From positions 45,632,001 through 45,696,000 of the forward strand of contig NC_043004.1 of assembly GCF_006345805.1 (NCBI RefSeq): DNA of 64,000 nucleotides. Direction: 5' to 3'. Shown here piece by piece: positions 53,324-64,000 of this stretch. Made by a program: the position numbers and the translations under genes. The stretch is from Octopus sinensis (Eukaryota). The notes beneath the pieces are model-generated. The model was given only the letters and a program-made list of their open reading frames with translations, did not search any database and was not told where the DNA came from. Each line of letters begins with the position of its first letter. Positions within the stretch are counted from its first letter, which is position 1.

Positions 53324-53369
53324 AAAACAGTTACTCAGTGTTTCACGCTCCCGTTCGTCGGACAGTTTT
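53324..53369 (-). ncRNA. Type I hammerhead ribozyme candidate (CCGACGA core) in a short microsatellite-embedded element (53296-53430)
   Basis: AAAACUGU | CCGACGA | ACG-GGAG-CGU | GAAA | CACUGA-GUA | ACUGUUUU. Stem I pairs 7 of 8 positions, and the cleavage triplet is GUA. Confidence 0.55.
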
Positions 53370-53429
53370 AATAAGGCCTATTACTCTACCACCGGTATTC
53401 GAATATTATCGTTCCTCCCTTACTCTGAT

Positions 53430-53494
<65 letters not shown>

Positions 53495-54029
53495 AACAAA
53501 CATACACATCCGCCTATACACATATTATCGTTATTTAATACATGCATTTTATACACGTATGGGATAATTTGCCTCTCTTTATCTTCCCTGTATTTCTTTA
53601 GTATTTTTTTTTCTCTCTTTCTTGTTTTCGCCCTTTCTGTATTTCTTTTCCTTTCTTTCCGTTTCGTTTATTTATTTAGCTGACTAAAACCTGAAGCAAA
53701 CCAGTAGCGGCTAATCCCCTTACACGATAGGGAAACATTTGTTCTTAATTTCAAGAATTGCGATGTGAACTGCTAAATCTGATGGGTTTACCAAATTACA
53801 CGTTTCGTTCGAGACCGTGTCACTTATTCCTTCCCGTCTAACTCTTCGTTGATTAGCTCAACGCAGTCTAATATTCAATCCCCTTTGCTTGCATGTGATG
53901 TCGTTAAATGAGAGATAACAGTTAAGATTGAATACTTGATTTAATTCCAGGCAGTATTTAGTTATGTATCTTTACGTTCTCAGTTCAGATTTTGACATGG
54001 ACAACTTTTACTTGTTTTGGTATACTCTC

Positions 54030-54241
54030 TCTCTTTTTACTCTTTTACTTGTTTCAGTCATTTGATTGCGGCCATGCTGGAGCACCGCCTTTTAGTCTAG
54101 CAAATCGACCCAGAGACTTATTCTTTGTAAGCCCAGTACTTATTATATCGTTCTCTTTTGCCGAACCGCTAAGTGACGGGGACGTAAACACACCAGCATC
54201 GGTTGTCAAGCGATGTTGGGGGGACAAACACAGACACACAA

Positions 54242-54286
<45 letters not shown>

Positions 54287-54403
54287 CATATATACGACAG
54301 GCTTCTTTCAGTTTCCGTCTACCAAATCCACTCACAAGGCATTGGTCGGCCCGGGGCTATAGCAGAAGACACTTTCCCAAGATGCCACGCAGTGGGACTG
54401 AAC
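54030..54403 (-). mobile_element. Family-A SINE, slightly 5'-truncated
   Basis: High similarity to 6219-6639. Confidence 0.9.
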
Positions 54404-54745
54404 CATACACCCAGGAAGTTGAAACGAATAAATAAAAACTAGGACTTGTGCGTAAGTATTATATCATGGTTTTAGATTTAGGCTTAAGACCAGGAATTCT
54501 AAGACGAGGGAATCAGTCGAAACCAATACCCCTAATGCTCAATTGGTGCTTTATTTTATCGAGCCGAATAGGATGAATATTAAAAACCCACCCAGGGCCG
54601 ATTTGAAGTCAGGACGTAAAAAAACCAAACAGATGCTGCTAAAAGTTCTTTTCAACGCCTTAACGATTCTGCCAGCTCGCTGCCGTTAATGACTCCTGAT
54701 TTAGGCACATCGCCAGTATTATTATGAGGATGGGTTTATTCTATA

Positions 54746-55138
54746 CTAGCAGTATCGCCCGGCGTTGCTCGGGTTTGTAAAGGAAATAACTATATATGCA
54801 TTTTTAGAGATGTAAAGTATAATAGCCATCTCAATATGGCTAACCACAAAAGGGGGTGGGTGTTACTGTAGCTTTTTACGTTCTGAGATTTAATAATATA
54901 TTTTTAGAGAGTTACTACCCTTATGTATGCCAAAAATGCATTAAAAATGGGAAAAATTGATGGTAAATTCTTTTTAAAATCGTAGACTCAACGTAGATGC
55001 GCGCTAATACCCAGAAGGGCTCGATATGAATCACGACTATAAGATACCCGGTTTTGGTTAAACTGCACCGCAAAATGTGGGAGTAGTTAGGAATCTAAAT
55101 CGTAGGAGACAGACAGCACACAACCTTACTTTTATTAC
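54746..55138 (-). mobile_element. Non-autonomous Helitron
   Basis: The minus-strand 3' end has the hairpin CCCGAGCAACGCCGGG followed by ...CTG-CTAG|T, the same architecture as 48810-48837. Confidence 0.8.
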
Positions 55139-55764
55139 ACTGTGGAACAAGATTTTTATTTTCATGCTTGGTCAGTAAGTGTTATTTTCTATTTGCCTCT
55201 CTCTAGAAATCAAAGAAAATGACTGTTATTTCTTTCAAACGTTGCTTTTGTGACCTAGAAATCAGCGTTTTGAAACTGACCTATTTTACATTACATCTCA
55301 AATAAATAGATTCAGCGCTGATTTACTGGAGCAAAAATATCGTGCTCAATGCCACAGATTTGGTTTTTAGATATTTGACCTTAACTTGAGCATGTCGCTT
55401 AGTGGCTGACAATATGTACCTCTCTGATCGTAAGCAGGAGTAGTGGCGGACCATCACAACCACGTGTTGAGAAGGATTATTTGGGGATTTAATAAGTGCA
55501 ACAAAAGTAAAGTTTGCGGAAATATTAGCCAATTATCGTTCTTCCCAGGGGTAAGCAAATAGGAAATAACAGTTGCTACCCAAGGACAAATATTTCCCTA
55601 TCGTGTAAGGGGGTTAGCCTAGTATTTTCTCGACCCCGAAGGAATGGTAGGTGAAGTTGTTCTCAGGAGAATTTGAACTTCGAACATAAAGAAACTGAAG
55701 CAAAACTGCAACAGAATTTTTCTCGGTACTCCAGCGATTCTGCTAATCCCGCATCCTTAATAGT

Positions 55765-55935
55765 ATCTTTACTACCCACAAGGGGCTAAACACAGAGGGG
55801 ACAAACAAGGACAGAAAACGGATTAAGTCGATTACATCGACCCCAGTGCGTAACTGGTACTTAATTTATCGACCCGGAAGGATGAAAGGCAAAGTCGACC
55901 TCGGCAGAATTTGAACCCAGAACGCAACGGCAGAC
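55765..55935 (-). mobile_element. Family-B SINE (subfamily with alternative 3' tail); further B remnants at 49060-49360, 54500-54700, 55620-55760, 59590-59770
   Basis: GGTACTTAATTTATCGACCCGGAAGGATGAAAGGCAAAGTCGACCTCGGCAGAATTTGAAC. Confidence 0.85.
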
Positions 55936-56672
55936 GAATCCTGCGTCCTTACTGATTTCTTTTAACATAGGCACAGGTCCAGCAAATTTGAAAGGCTGGG
56001 GTGGGGAAGTAGTCTGTGAGATTGATTCCGATTCGATACAACTGCGTGGCATGTTGAGCGATTGTCATCTTCGGTCATCTCGGACCAATTCATAACTTGT
56101 GACTGAAATATGCTGACTGAAACATTCTAAAAGCTCATATCGAATGGGTTGTATCCATAATTCAAAGTTAGACATTTGTTATTGGACAGTGTTAAGCTGA
56201 TTCTCATCGAGAATTATATTAGGAGAATAGGTGTCTGTGGACGGTTCAGCCACTTCGAAAACAATTCAATGAACAGGTAACTCGGTCGATCGAACAAAAA
56301 TCTGAAACTTCTTCGACGAACCCGACGGGTAACCATCCAAACATATATATATGCACTGTAGAAAATACCCATTCTAAAATTGCGTAATAACGTATATGGA
56401 GAGATAGAGAAGAAATAAGCAGAAAGAAAGAGGGAGAGAGAGAGAGAGAGGAGAGCATGGGGGAAGAGATGTGGAGAGTAGGTAAGGTACTTGGAAAAAA
56501 TTGTCGTATATTTGCATAGGTAGACATTGGAGCAGATTAAAGTTGGGAGCATAAGTAAGTGAAGAAAGAGATAGAGGAACAGTGAGAGAATAGAATAGAT
56601 AAAGATTGATATCTGGAAGCAAGGAAGTGGAATGTATTTGGAAATACGAAGTGAGGAGCAAAAAGAGAATGG

Positions 56673-56727
<55 letters not shown>

Positions 56728-56734
56728 ATTTCTA

Positions 56735-56786
<52 letters not shown>

Positions 56787-56960
56787 CCTGCCTGCCTGTC
56801 TGCCTGTCTGTCTGTCTGTCTGTCTGTCAGTCAGTCTATGTATGTATGTATGTATGTACGTATGTATGTATCTATCAACCGAGTATGTATGTATGTATGT
56901 ATCTATCTATCTGTCTGTATGTCTGTCTGCCTATCTGTCAGTCTATCTATCTATCTATCT

Positions 56961-56994
<34 letters not shown>

Positions 56995-57040
56995 AATCTA
57001 TCTATCTATCTATCTATCTGTATGTGTGTGTCTATCTGCC

Positions 57041-57085
<45 letters not shown>

Positions 57086-57164
57086 GATTGTCTGATTGTC
57101 TGTTTGTCTGTCTGTATCTTTCTACCAGTCTATCTGCCTGTCTGCCAGCCTTTCTCTCTGTCAT

Positions 57165-57255
<91 letters not shown>

Positions 57256-58189
57256 ACTCCTCGTCCGTCTATCTATGTATCTGACCCCTCCTCACAATGA
57301 CTTTCTCTCTCTCTCTCTCTCTCTCTCCTCTCCCTCTCTCACACACACACTCTCTCTCTCTCTTCCTCTCCGTGGTATGCATGCACTCGTACACAATTTT
57401 TTTCCCACTCTCTTCATGTGCATGTGTGTTTGTCTGCGTGTGTATGTGTGTGCTTATGTGCATGTATTATGCAATCACACATGTCTGTATATTTGTGTGC
57501 GTGCGTGCGTGCATTCCATTGCATGTTTACGCTTTCTGTTTCACGCACGTGTGTTTATGTGTATTTAAACTCATGCCCTAAAACTAAGCCGAGGAAAAAT
57601 ATTTACCTTCCACGTAACTGGCCTAGCGTTTCTTCATGGCCAAACATGTTTCACTGTGAAGCTTCGTGTGTACCCATGGCGTGTTGCAAAAAATATATAC
57701 ATAAATGAAGAAAATAAAAACATAAATAACCAACAGCAATTAAAAACGCAATTACATTGGTTGACTGGAATTCACTCTTAGATTTCTGTTTGAGCAGCTT
57801 AGCTAGGAGAGAAATGACTATCTCATAAATTTAAAATCCTCGCACGTAACTGTTATGTTGTTTTTCTTTTCCTTCTTATAAGAGTTGAAGGTTACTTCGA
57901 TCTAGAGATTGTGTCCATTCGATGTTTTTTTTTGTATTCCATGTTTTTCTACTTGTATAAAATGTTATTGGCCTTTCTAAAGAGGAAGGCATGTAAGTTA
58001 AGTAAAGTTATCTTAAAAAATAGTGAACAAATGGGCCCATGTATGTCTACGTGGTTAACAAGTTCACTTTGTAACCGTCAGATGGCGGGTTCAGCTCTAC
58101 TTGACACGGCGTGGAATATTAGCAGATATCGTCAGGTCGATTAGTGCCATGTGAGTGAATTTCGTAGAAGTAAACAGCAGAATTCCGTC

Positions 58190-58225
<36 letters not shown>

Positions 58226-58245
58226 TAATATATATACATACATAC

Positions 58246-58358
<113 letters not shown>

Positions 58359-58439
58359 CATGCTATATATTATATATATATATATATTATACATATATAA
58401 AAAGATTTTTCATATACCCTGTTTAATCAGATTGGATGC

Positions 58440-58790
58440 TAAATTTTACAGGTCTATCTCTCTGATTTCATATTTTAGCAAGGCTATGGAACACATTGTC
58501 AGAGAAAAGGTGGTCAAGTTCCTAGAAGAAAATAACTTGTTCAGAAACACAAAACATGGAAGAGCTACCTCACACAACAACTACAGCATTAAGACCAGTA
58601 ACTGAAACAGCTGTTGAACCTCTCAAATGTGAGTATATCTCGACTTTGCCGAGGCCTTTGACAAAGTTGAACATGGGATGAGGTCACATGCTGCGTGACA
58701 TTTCTATTACAGGAAAACTTGGAGAATGGCTGCATGACTTCCTAAAAGGCAATTTTAGCCGATGGTACTCTCTTTGAGGAGACATCCATG
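58440..58790 (+). mobile_element. CR1/L2-group LINE reverse-transcriptase fragment
   Basis: YRSISLISYFSKAMEHIVREKVVKFLEENNLF...KHG...YLDFAEAFDKVEHG...GKLGEWLHDFL, with frameshifts and stops. Confidence 0.8.
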
Positions 58791-59010
58791 AAGGAGCTCT
58801 TTCTCTCTCGCTCTGTCTATGTATATATATATATAGACACACGTATGAGTAGAATAAAATAATGGTAACTCCGCTTTGTTTAACTACTTTTTATACTTTT
58901 AATATAACATACTCAAAACTCTTCTAGTCTCTATACACATGCCCATATACCGTATGTATGCTTTGTACATGCTGATACAACTCTCTGCTTTCTCAGGTGT
59001 TTTCCGGATT

Positions 59011-59067
<57 letters not shown>

Positions 59068-59789
59068 ATATATATATTTAAATAAGTTAAAATGAGTGAA
59101 CTATCCGATTTGCAATGAAGTAAAAAATTTAGATAGCGGAATTTTAGACACCAGAAGTGGACCAAGCTCATATTAAATAAATATCACATCTAACTAGAAC
59201 TTACCTAGTTAAACAAGGGCATTATTAGGACCTTAGGCCCATCCCCTGTATATTCACTCACACATATATGTATGTGTGTGTGTGTATGTCTACCTATGCG
59301 TATATGTGCCTGCCCATCTTTACGGTTTCTGCTTTGTACACATTTGTAGTTAAAGATCTGCGCCTCCCAGACTATGCCGGTAAAAATATTCATCTTCCAA
59401 GTAACTGGCGTAACATTTCTCCATGGCTAAATTTGCTTCAGGACGAATCTTCGTATGTACCTGTTGCGGTACATATGATGATACGCTGTGAAAACATTTC
59501 GAGAATAGAAAATGATCAAAGATTACCGGAAAAAGACCTATTAACCTGCAAAATTTATTGTTCACGCTTAATATTATACCTCCTTGTTAGGCGGCGTGCT
59601 GGCAGAATTGCTATCACGCCGGGCAAAAATACTTAGCGGCATTTCGCCCGTCTTCACGTTCTGAGTTAAAATTTTTTGTCCTTTCGAATTTGATAAAATA
59701 AGATAACAGTTGTGTACTGGAGTCGATGTAATTAACTTACCCGCTTCACCGAAATTGCTAACGTGGTGAAAAAGTTGAAGCAGATATTA

Positions 59790-60730
59790 ACTCTTCTTCT
59801 TCTTCTTCTTCTTCTTCTTCTTCTTCTTCCCCTTCTTCCCCTTCTTCTACTTCTTCTTCTTCTACTTCTTCTTCTTCCCTCTTTTCTTCCCCTTCTTCTT
59901 TCTTCTTCTTCCCTTCTTCTTCCTTCTTCTACTTCTTCTTCTCCTCTACTTCGTCTTCTCCCTTCCGTTCTTCTTTTCCTGTCCCTTGTTCCCCTTCTTC
60001 TACTTCTTCTTCTTCCCCTTCTTCCCCTTCTTCTACTTCTTCTTCTTCCCCTTCTTTCCCTTCTTCTACTTCTTCTTCTCCCTCTACTTCTTCTTCTCCT
60101 CCTTCTTCTTCTTCCTCTTCCCCTTCTTCCCCTTCTTCCCCTTCTTCTACTTCTTCTTCTTCCCCTTCTTCCCCTTCTTCTACTTCTTCTTCTCCCTCTA
60201 CCTCTTCTTTTTCTCCTCTTTCTTTCTGTCTTCCTCTTCCCCTTCTTCTTCTTCTTCTTCTTCTTCCCCTTCTTTCCCTTCTACTTCTCTTCTTCTTTCC
60301 CCCTTCTCCCTTCTTTCTTTTGTCTTCTTTTTTTTCTTCTTTTTTTTTTTTTTTTTATTCTTCTTCTACCTCTTCTTTACTTCTCCTCCTTCTCTTCCTT
60401 TCCCCTTCTCTTTTTTTTTCTTCTTCTCCTCCTCCTCCTCCCCTTCTCCTTCTTCTTCTTCTTCTTCCCTTCTTTCCCTTCTACTTCTTCTTCTTCTTCC
60501 CCTTCTTTCCCTTCTTCTACTTCTTCTTCTTTTCTTCTTCTTCTTCCCCTTCTTTCCCTTCTTCTACTTCTTCTTCTTCTTCTTCTTATTCTTCTTCTAC
60601 CTCTTCTTCTACTTCTCCTCCTTCCTCTTCCTCTTCCCCTTCTTCTTTTCTTCTTCTTCTTCTCCTCCTCCTCCTCCTCCTCCTCCTCTTCTTCTTCTTC
60701 TTCTTCTTCTTCTTCTTCTTCTTCTTCTTT
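59790..60730. repeat. ~940-bp polypyrimidine (CTT/CCCCTT/CTACTT) compound repeat
   Basis: Almost exclusively C/T on the + strand, with a recurring ~33-nt unit CTTCTACTTCTTCTTCTTCCCCTTCTTCCCCTT. Confidence 0.95.
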
Positions 60731-62071
60731 CTATCGAAGAGGAAGGAACCTTTACTATGAAAACTGCAATAAAATTTGGGATACACCATCAGTGATATAT
60801 GATTCTTAACCATTTTGATTGAAATATTTTTTTAGTATATGGGTAAATTTTATTATCGTATTGTATTTCGTAAATTGTTAAAGATTTCCACGCAAGTATA
60901 CATTTTTCTTTTATATTATAATGGCATTACTATTTTCTAATGGAATATTCATAACTCTTGCCTTCTAAGTATCCAAGTTTGTGAATGACTAAAAAAAATA
61001 TATATATTGTTAAAGGAAAATGAAATATTAATATTGGCATCTAGTCTCGAAAAATTCCCCGGGAATTCGAGAATATTTTTTCCCTACTCCCTATCTGCAG
61101 GGAATGATGAGTTTCAGGATTCGGAGAACTGAGAAACCACAATTGCAACATCGGTGACTATGATTGATTCAGCTTCAAGACACTTTCCCACCTCCCTCTC
61201 TTTCTGACATTCTTCTCTCTCTCTCTTTCAGTCTGCCTGTCTCTCTGTGTCTTTCTGTCTGTCTGTCTCTGTCTTTATTTCTCTCCCTCTTACTCTCTCT
61301 CTCTCTCTCTCCCATCATACATACCCACTCACACACACGTACATTGTTCACGCGAAGTAGCTGAGCTGTCTCTTGGAGTAGAGCTGTACAAATGTTTGTC
61401 TTGTAAACAAGTCCGGGCTTGTCATCTCTTCATCTCTAATACTACAGGTGATTCATCATCCAGTAACTGTCATCTCTCCATCGCTTACCTTTTGTATTTG
61501 TCTTTATTAATGTAGTCTTATATTCATTTGTTCTTAACTGTGTACTTTTTATGATTCTGTTATCCTTTTCAGCATTCATTTAATAGCACTGAACAGTCAG
61601 TGAATCATTAGTAAACTATACACGCCTATTGAGTTAGTTTGTCTTATCGAGACAATAGCGTAGTAGAACATGTGGTTACTTACTCTGCTAGAAATAGAAA
61701 TTCAAAATTTCCTCACATTATAACTTAACATCCTAAGGGAAGGAACTGTAAACCTAAACTAAACTAGGGTTGAGAAATGATGGTAACGACTGAAGAAACA
61801 TCTTTTTCGTTGGTTTTATTAGGCCTGATTAAACAACAACTCGGAGAAGCTCCCAATTGAGGTTGTTCTATTTGCTAGAAATAGCAAGTGAATCTCCTCA
61901 AAAGAAACCCTGGTTCCTTAAAAAAAATATAAATAGGCATCATAAGTAACAAATATATAATCATAAGTAACAAATATATAGAGGGTATTAACTGGAATCC
62001 CTTGAGCCTAAATCGGTTCAAAGAAGATGAAACATAGGGCTAACTAAACGAGGATAACAACAGCAACAGTA

Positions 62072-62427
62072 GTGGAGGCGCAATGGCCCAGTGGTTAGGG
62101 CAACGAACTTGCGGTCGGAGGATCGCGGTTTCGATTCCCAGACCGGGCGTTGTGTGTGTTTATTGAGTGAAAGCTCCACGAGGCTCCGGCAGGGGGTGGT
62201 GGCGGCACCTGTTGTACTCTTTCGCCCTAACTTTCACTCTTTCTTCCTGTTTCTTGTCCCCGACTTCCTACGCAACCGCTGAGCCTGGATGCGCATCCAT
62301 CCGTCCGTCGATGATCTTCGTGTCGGGGGTTGACCTGCTTTCTCTTCTGCGGGTCTTACGAATAGCAGAGGACCACGTTTCGGACTTCTCCCATCTTGTG
62401 AGCTCTGGGACTAAGACCGTTCGCCAG
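62072..62427 (+). mobile_element. Family-C-head SINE with a third type of 3' tail, 14-bp TSD
   Basis: Head GTGGAGGCGCAATGGCCCAGTGGTTAGGGC. TSD CAACAGCAACAGTA at 62058-62071 and 62428-62441. Confidence 0.9.
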
Positions 62428-63405
62428 CAACAGCAACAGTAACATAAGTAATAATTCTTAGAATGTCTCTGTAAACTCAGAAATCGTCAGACATATTGAA
62501 ACATTTGTTATTCTCTATACATGCCTTATGTAGCTGTGGGTGCTTTTGTGGTGATATTTTTTTAATTTGGGAGGCTCTGTAGCAACCAACAGGCATCTAT
62601 GTCATAAAAATGCCAAATTCTGGGTTCAATATCATGGTAGAAAGCTATGTAAATATCTGGATGTAACTGGATCGAAACCAGAAATCTTTATTTCGAAATT
62701 ACCACAAAAACGTTTCTCTGAAACGCACCATTCATGTATGTAATGTGTAGGTGGTCTTATGGTTATTTAGTTGCATCCCTTACTTACATTTAAACTTCCT
62801 TGTCTGACATTTACAGTTATTCTCCACATTTTTGCCTTTAAAGAAATAAGTGAAAAAAAACCCTATTCATTTGGGATTTTAACAACAGCTATAATTCTCC
62901 ATTCCAGTAATTCCTTCTAAGAATGGAGCTTTCTATCTTTTCTTCCAACACACACACCAGAAGCAAAGATATGCCTCACTGGTTAAATAAACAGTCATGC
63001 GAAATATAGAGTAATATTTAAAAGGAAATTTATATAAAATTCACATTTTCTTTAAGTGCTAATCTCTGAACGAGAAAATCTGTTGTTATTCTTAAAATTT
63101 CTTCTTCAAAGAAAAAAAACTTCCTGAAATAACTTTATACATGTGAGTGTGAATGTATATATATATATATAACATAGTGGATTCTCTCTCATATTTGTAT
63201 ATATATATATATATAATTATATATATATATATATATATAATATGTGTGTTATATGTAGATCTATATATATATATATATATATAATATATATATAATATCT
63301 ATATATATGTATATAAATATATATGTATATATATATATATATAATATCTATATAAATATATATATTGTTAATTTTCGGAATGGTCATATTGCCAGTTTAA
63401 AAAAC

Positions 63406-63451
<46 letters not shown>

Positions 63452-63529
63452 TATACATACATACATACATATGATACATATGTATGCGGCGGGTCGAGTG
63501 TGTGTGTGTGTGTGTGTATGTGTGTAATG

Positions 63530-64000
63530 TACTGTTTCGTTATTAGTAGGTGCAACAAAAGAAGTACTCCAACCAGCTAGATATAAATAGTATGTTGCCG
63601 GATATTACATGCCACGCTAAACTATAGGAAACTTATAGCATCAGAGATATAAATACTGTGTCTATGTATGTATGTGCACATTTGTATGTTTTATGTATGT
63701 ATTCTCATGCATATAGTTGCTTATCTAGACATGCTTTATATTTAAATGATAAACTCCTTGAAAGTTTTACAGATATTTACAGCTCAAGTGATTGGATCTG
63801 TAGTCTTCGAACTAGCTTTCTCCTTTCTGGTTTTGAGAAGACTAATTTCTCAAGATCGGTACATAGGAGGTGTGTTACATATCCCAAGGCACCAATAATT
63901 ACAGGTATAAACCTGAACTTGCAATCTGGATAGAGAAGCTGCAGATTTCTTAATAGTTCAGCATAGGTGTTCTCTTTTTTACTGATCTTCAGGTTTATGT
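63530..64000 (-). mobile_element. 3' end of an RLE-type (R4-like) non-LTR retrotransposon, running off the window
   Basis: Minus strand KKENTYAELLRNLQLLYPDCKFRFIPVIIGALGYV...LVRRLQIQS/AVNICKTFKEFII* (stop 63742-63744). It matches the RLE C-terminal K..KY..L...PV.IGALG pattern and has one frameshift. Confidence 0.75.

Noticed and set aside
42548-54435. Recurrent ORFs with FSFRLPNPLTRHWSARGYSRRH / AEPLSYGDVNTPASVV that look like a conserved protein family
   Set aside because: All map to copies of the family-A SINE, so the similarity reflects DNA repeat identity.
56606-57300. SIYL/SVCL repeat ORFs (also 15589-16002, 39393-39636 and the many YI/HT/VC ORFs)
   Set aside because: Translated TCTA, TCTG, TA and CA microsatellites.
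59763-60809. 348-aa Leu/Pro/Phe-rich ORF, the longest in the track, superficially membrane-like
   Set aside because: It is entirely the CTT/CCCCTT repeat, which cannot contain stop codons.
61489-61588. Minus-strand exon-like segment (TTCAG acceptor, ATG-initiated 30 codons, AG|GTAAGC donor)
   Set aside because: The composition is very AT-rich and low-information, and such motif pairs arise by chance in 64 kb. There is no supporting exon chain.
62072-62145. tRNA-like sequences with A and B boxes (also 4447, 52100-52165, 31270-31328, 6570-6639)
   Set aside because: They are SINE heads. They lack a closed acceptor stem and continue into SINE bodies with TSDs.

Overview
AT-rich eukaryotic non-coding DNA, most likely an intron or intergenic stretch of an octopus (coleoid cephalopod) genome. 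This assignment is an inference from the tRNA-derived SINE families, the (TA)n/(TAA)n/(GATA)n/(CA)n microsatellite load, TTAGGG repeats and the HTGEKPY-CDICGKSFS style of C2H2 fingers. I found no intact protein-coding gene, and most ORF-track entries are translated microsatellites or SINE bodies. The window is a layered transposon graveyard. It holds a 5'-truncated Penelope-like element (RT + GIY-YIG, 35716-38607, minus) inside a (TA)n tract, and R4/Dong-type RLE LINE remnants at (TAA)n tracts. There are CR1-, Tx1- and RTE-like fragments, two Helitron helicase fossils plus a non-autonomous Helitron, and mariner remnants. Two copies of a GG-ended, 8-bp-TSD MITE carry TTAGGG repeats. At least four SINE families and a decayed C2H2 zinc-finger array are also present. 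The most interesting signal is a set of short elements next to (TA)n-type microsatellites that carry type I hammerhead ribozyme folds with non-canonical cores. The best is at 40699-40748 (minus), where the C3-G8 tertiary pair appears swapped to G3-C8 within an otherwise complete fold. Also notable are a 192-bp near-identical inverted copy of the zinc-finger pseudogene inside the Penelope 3' end and a spacerless 146-bp palindrome.
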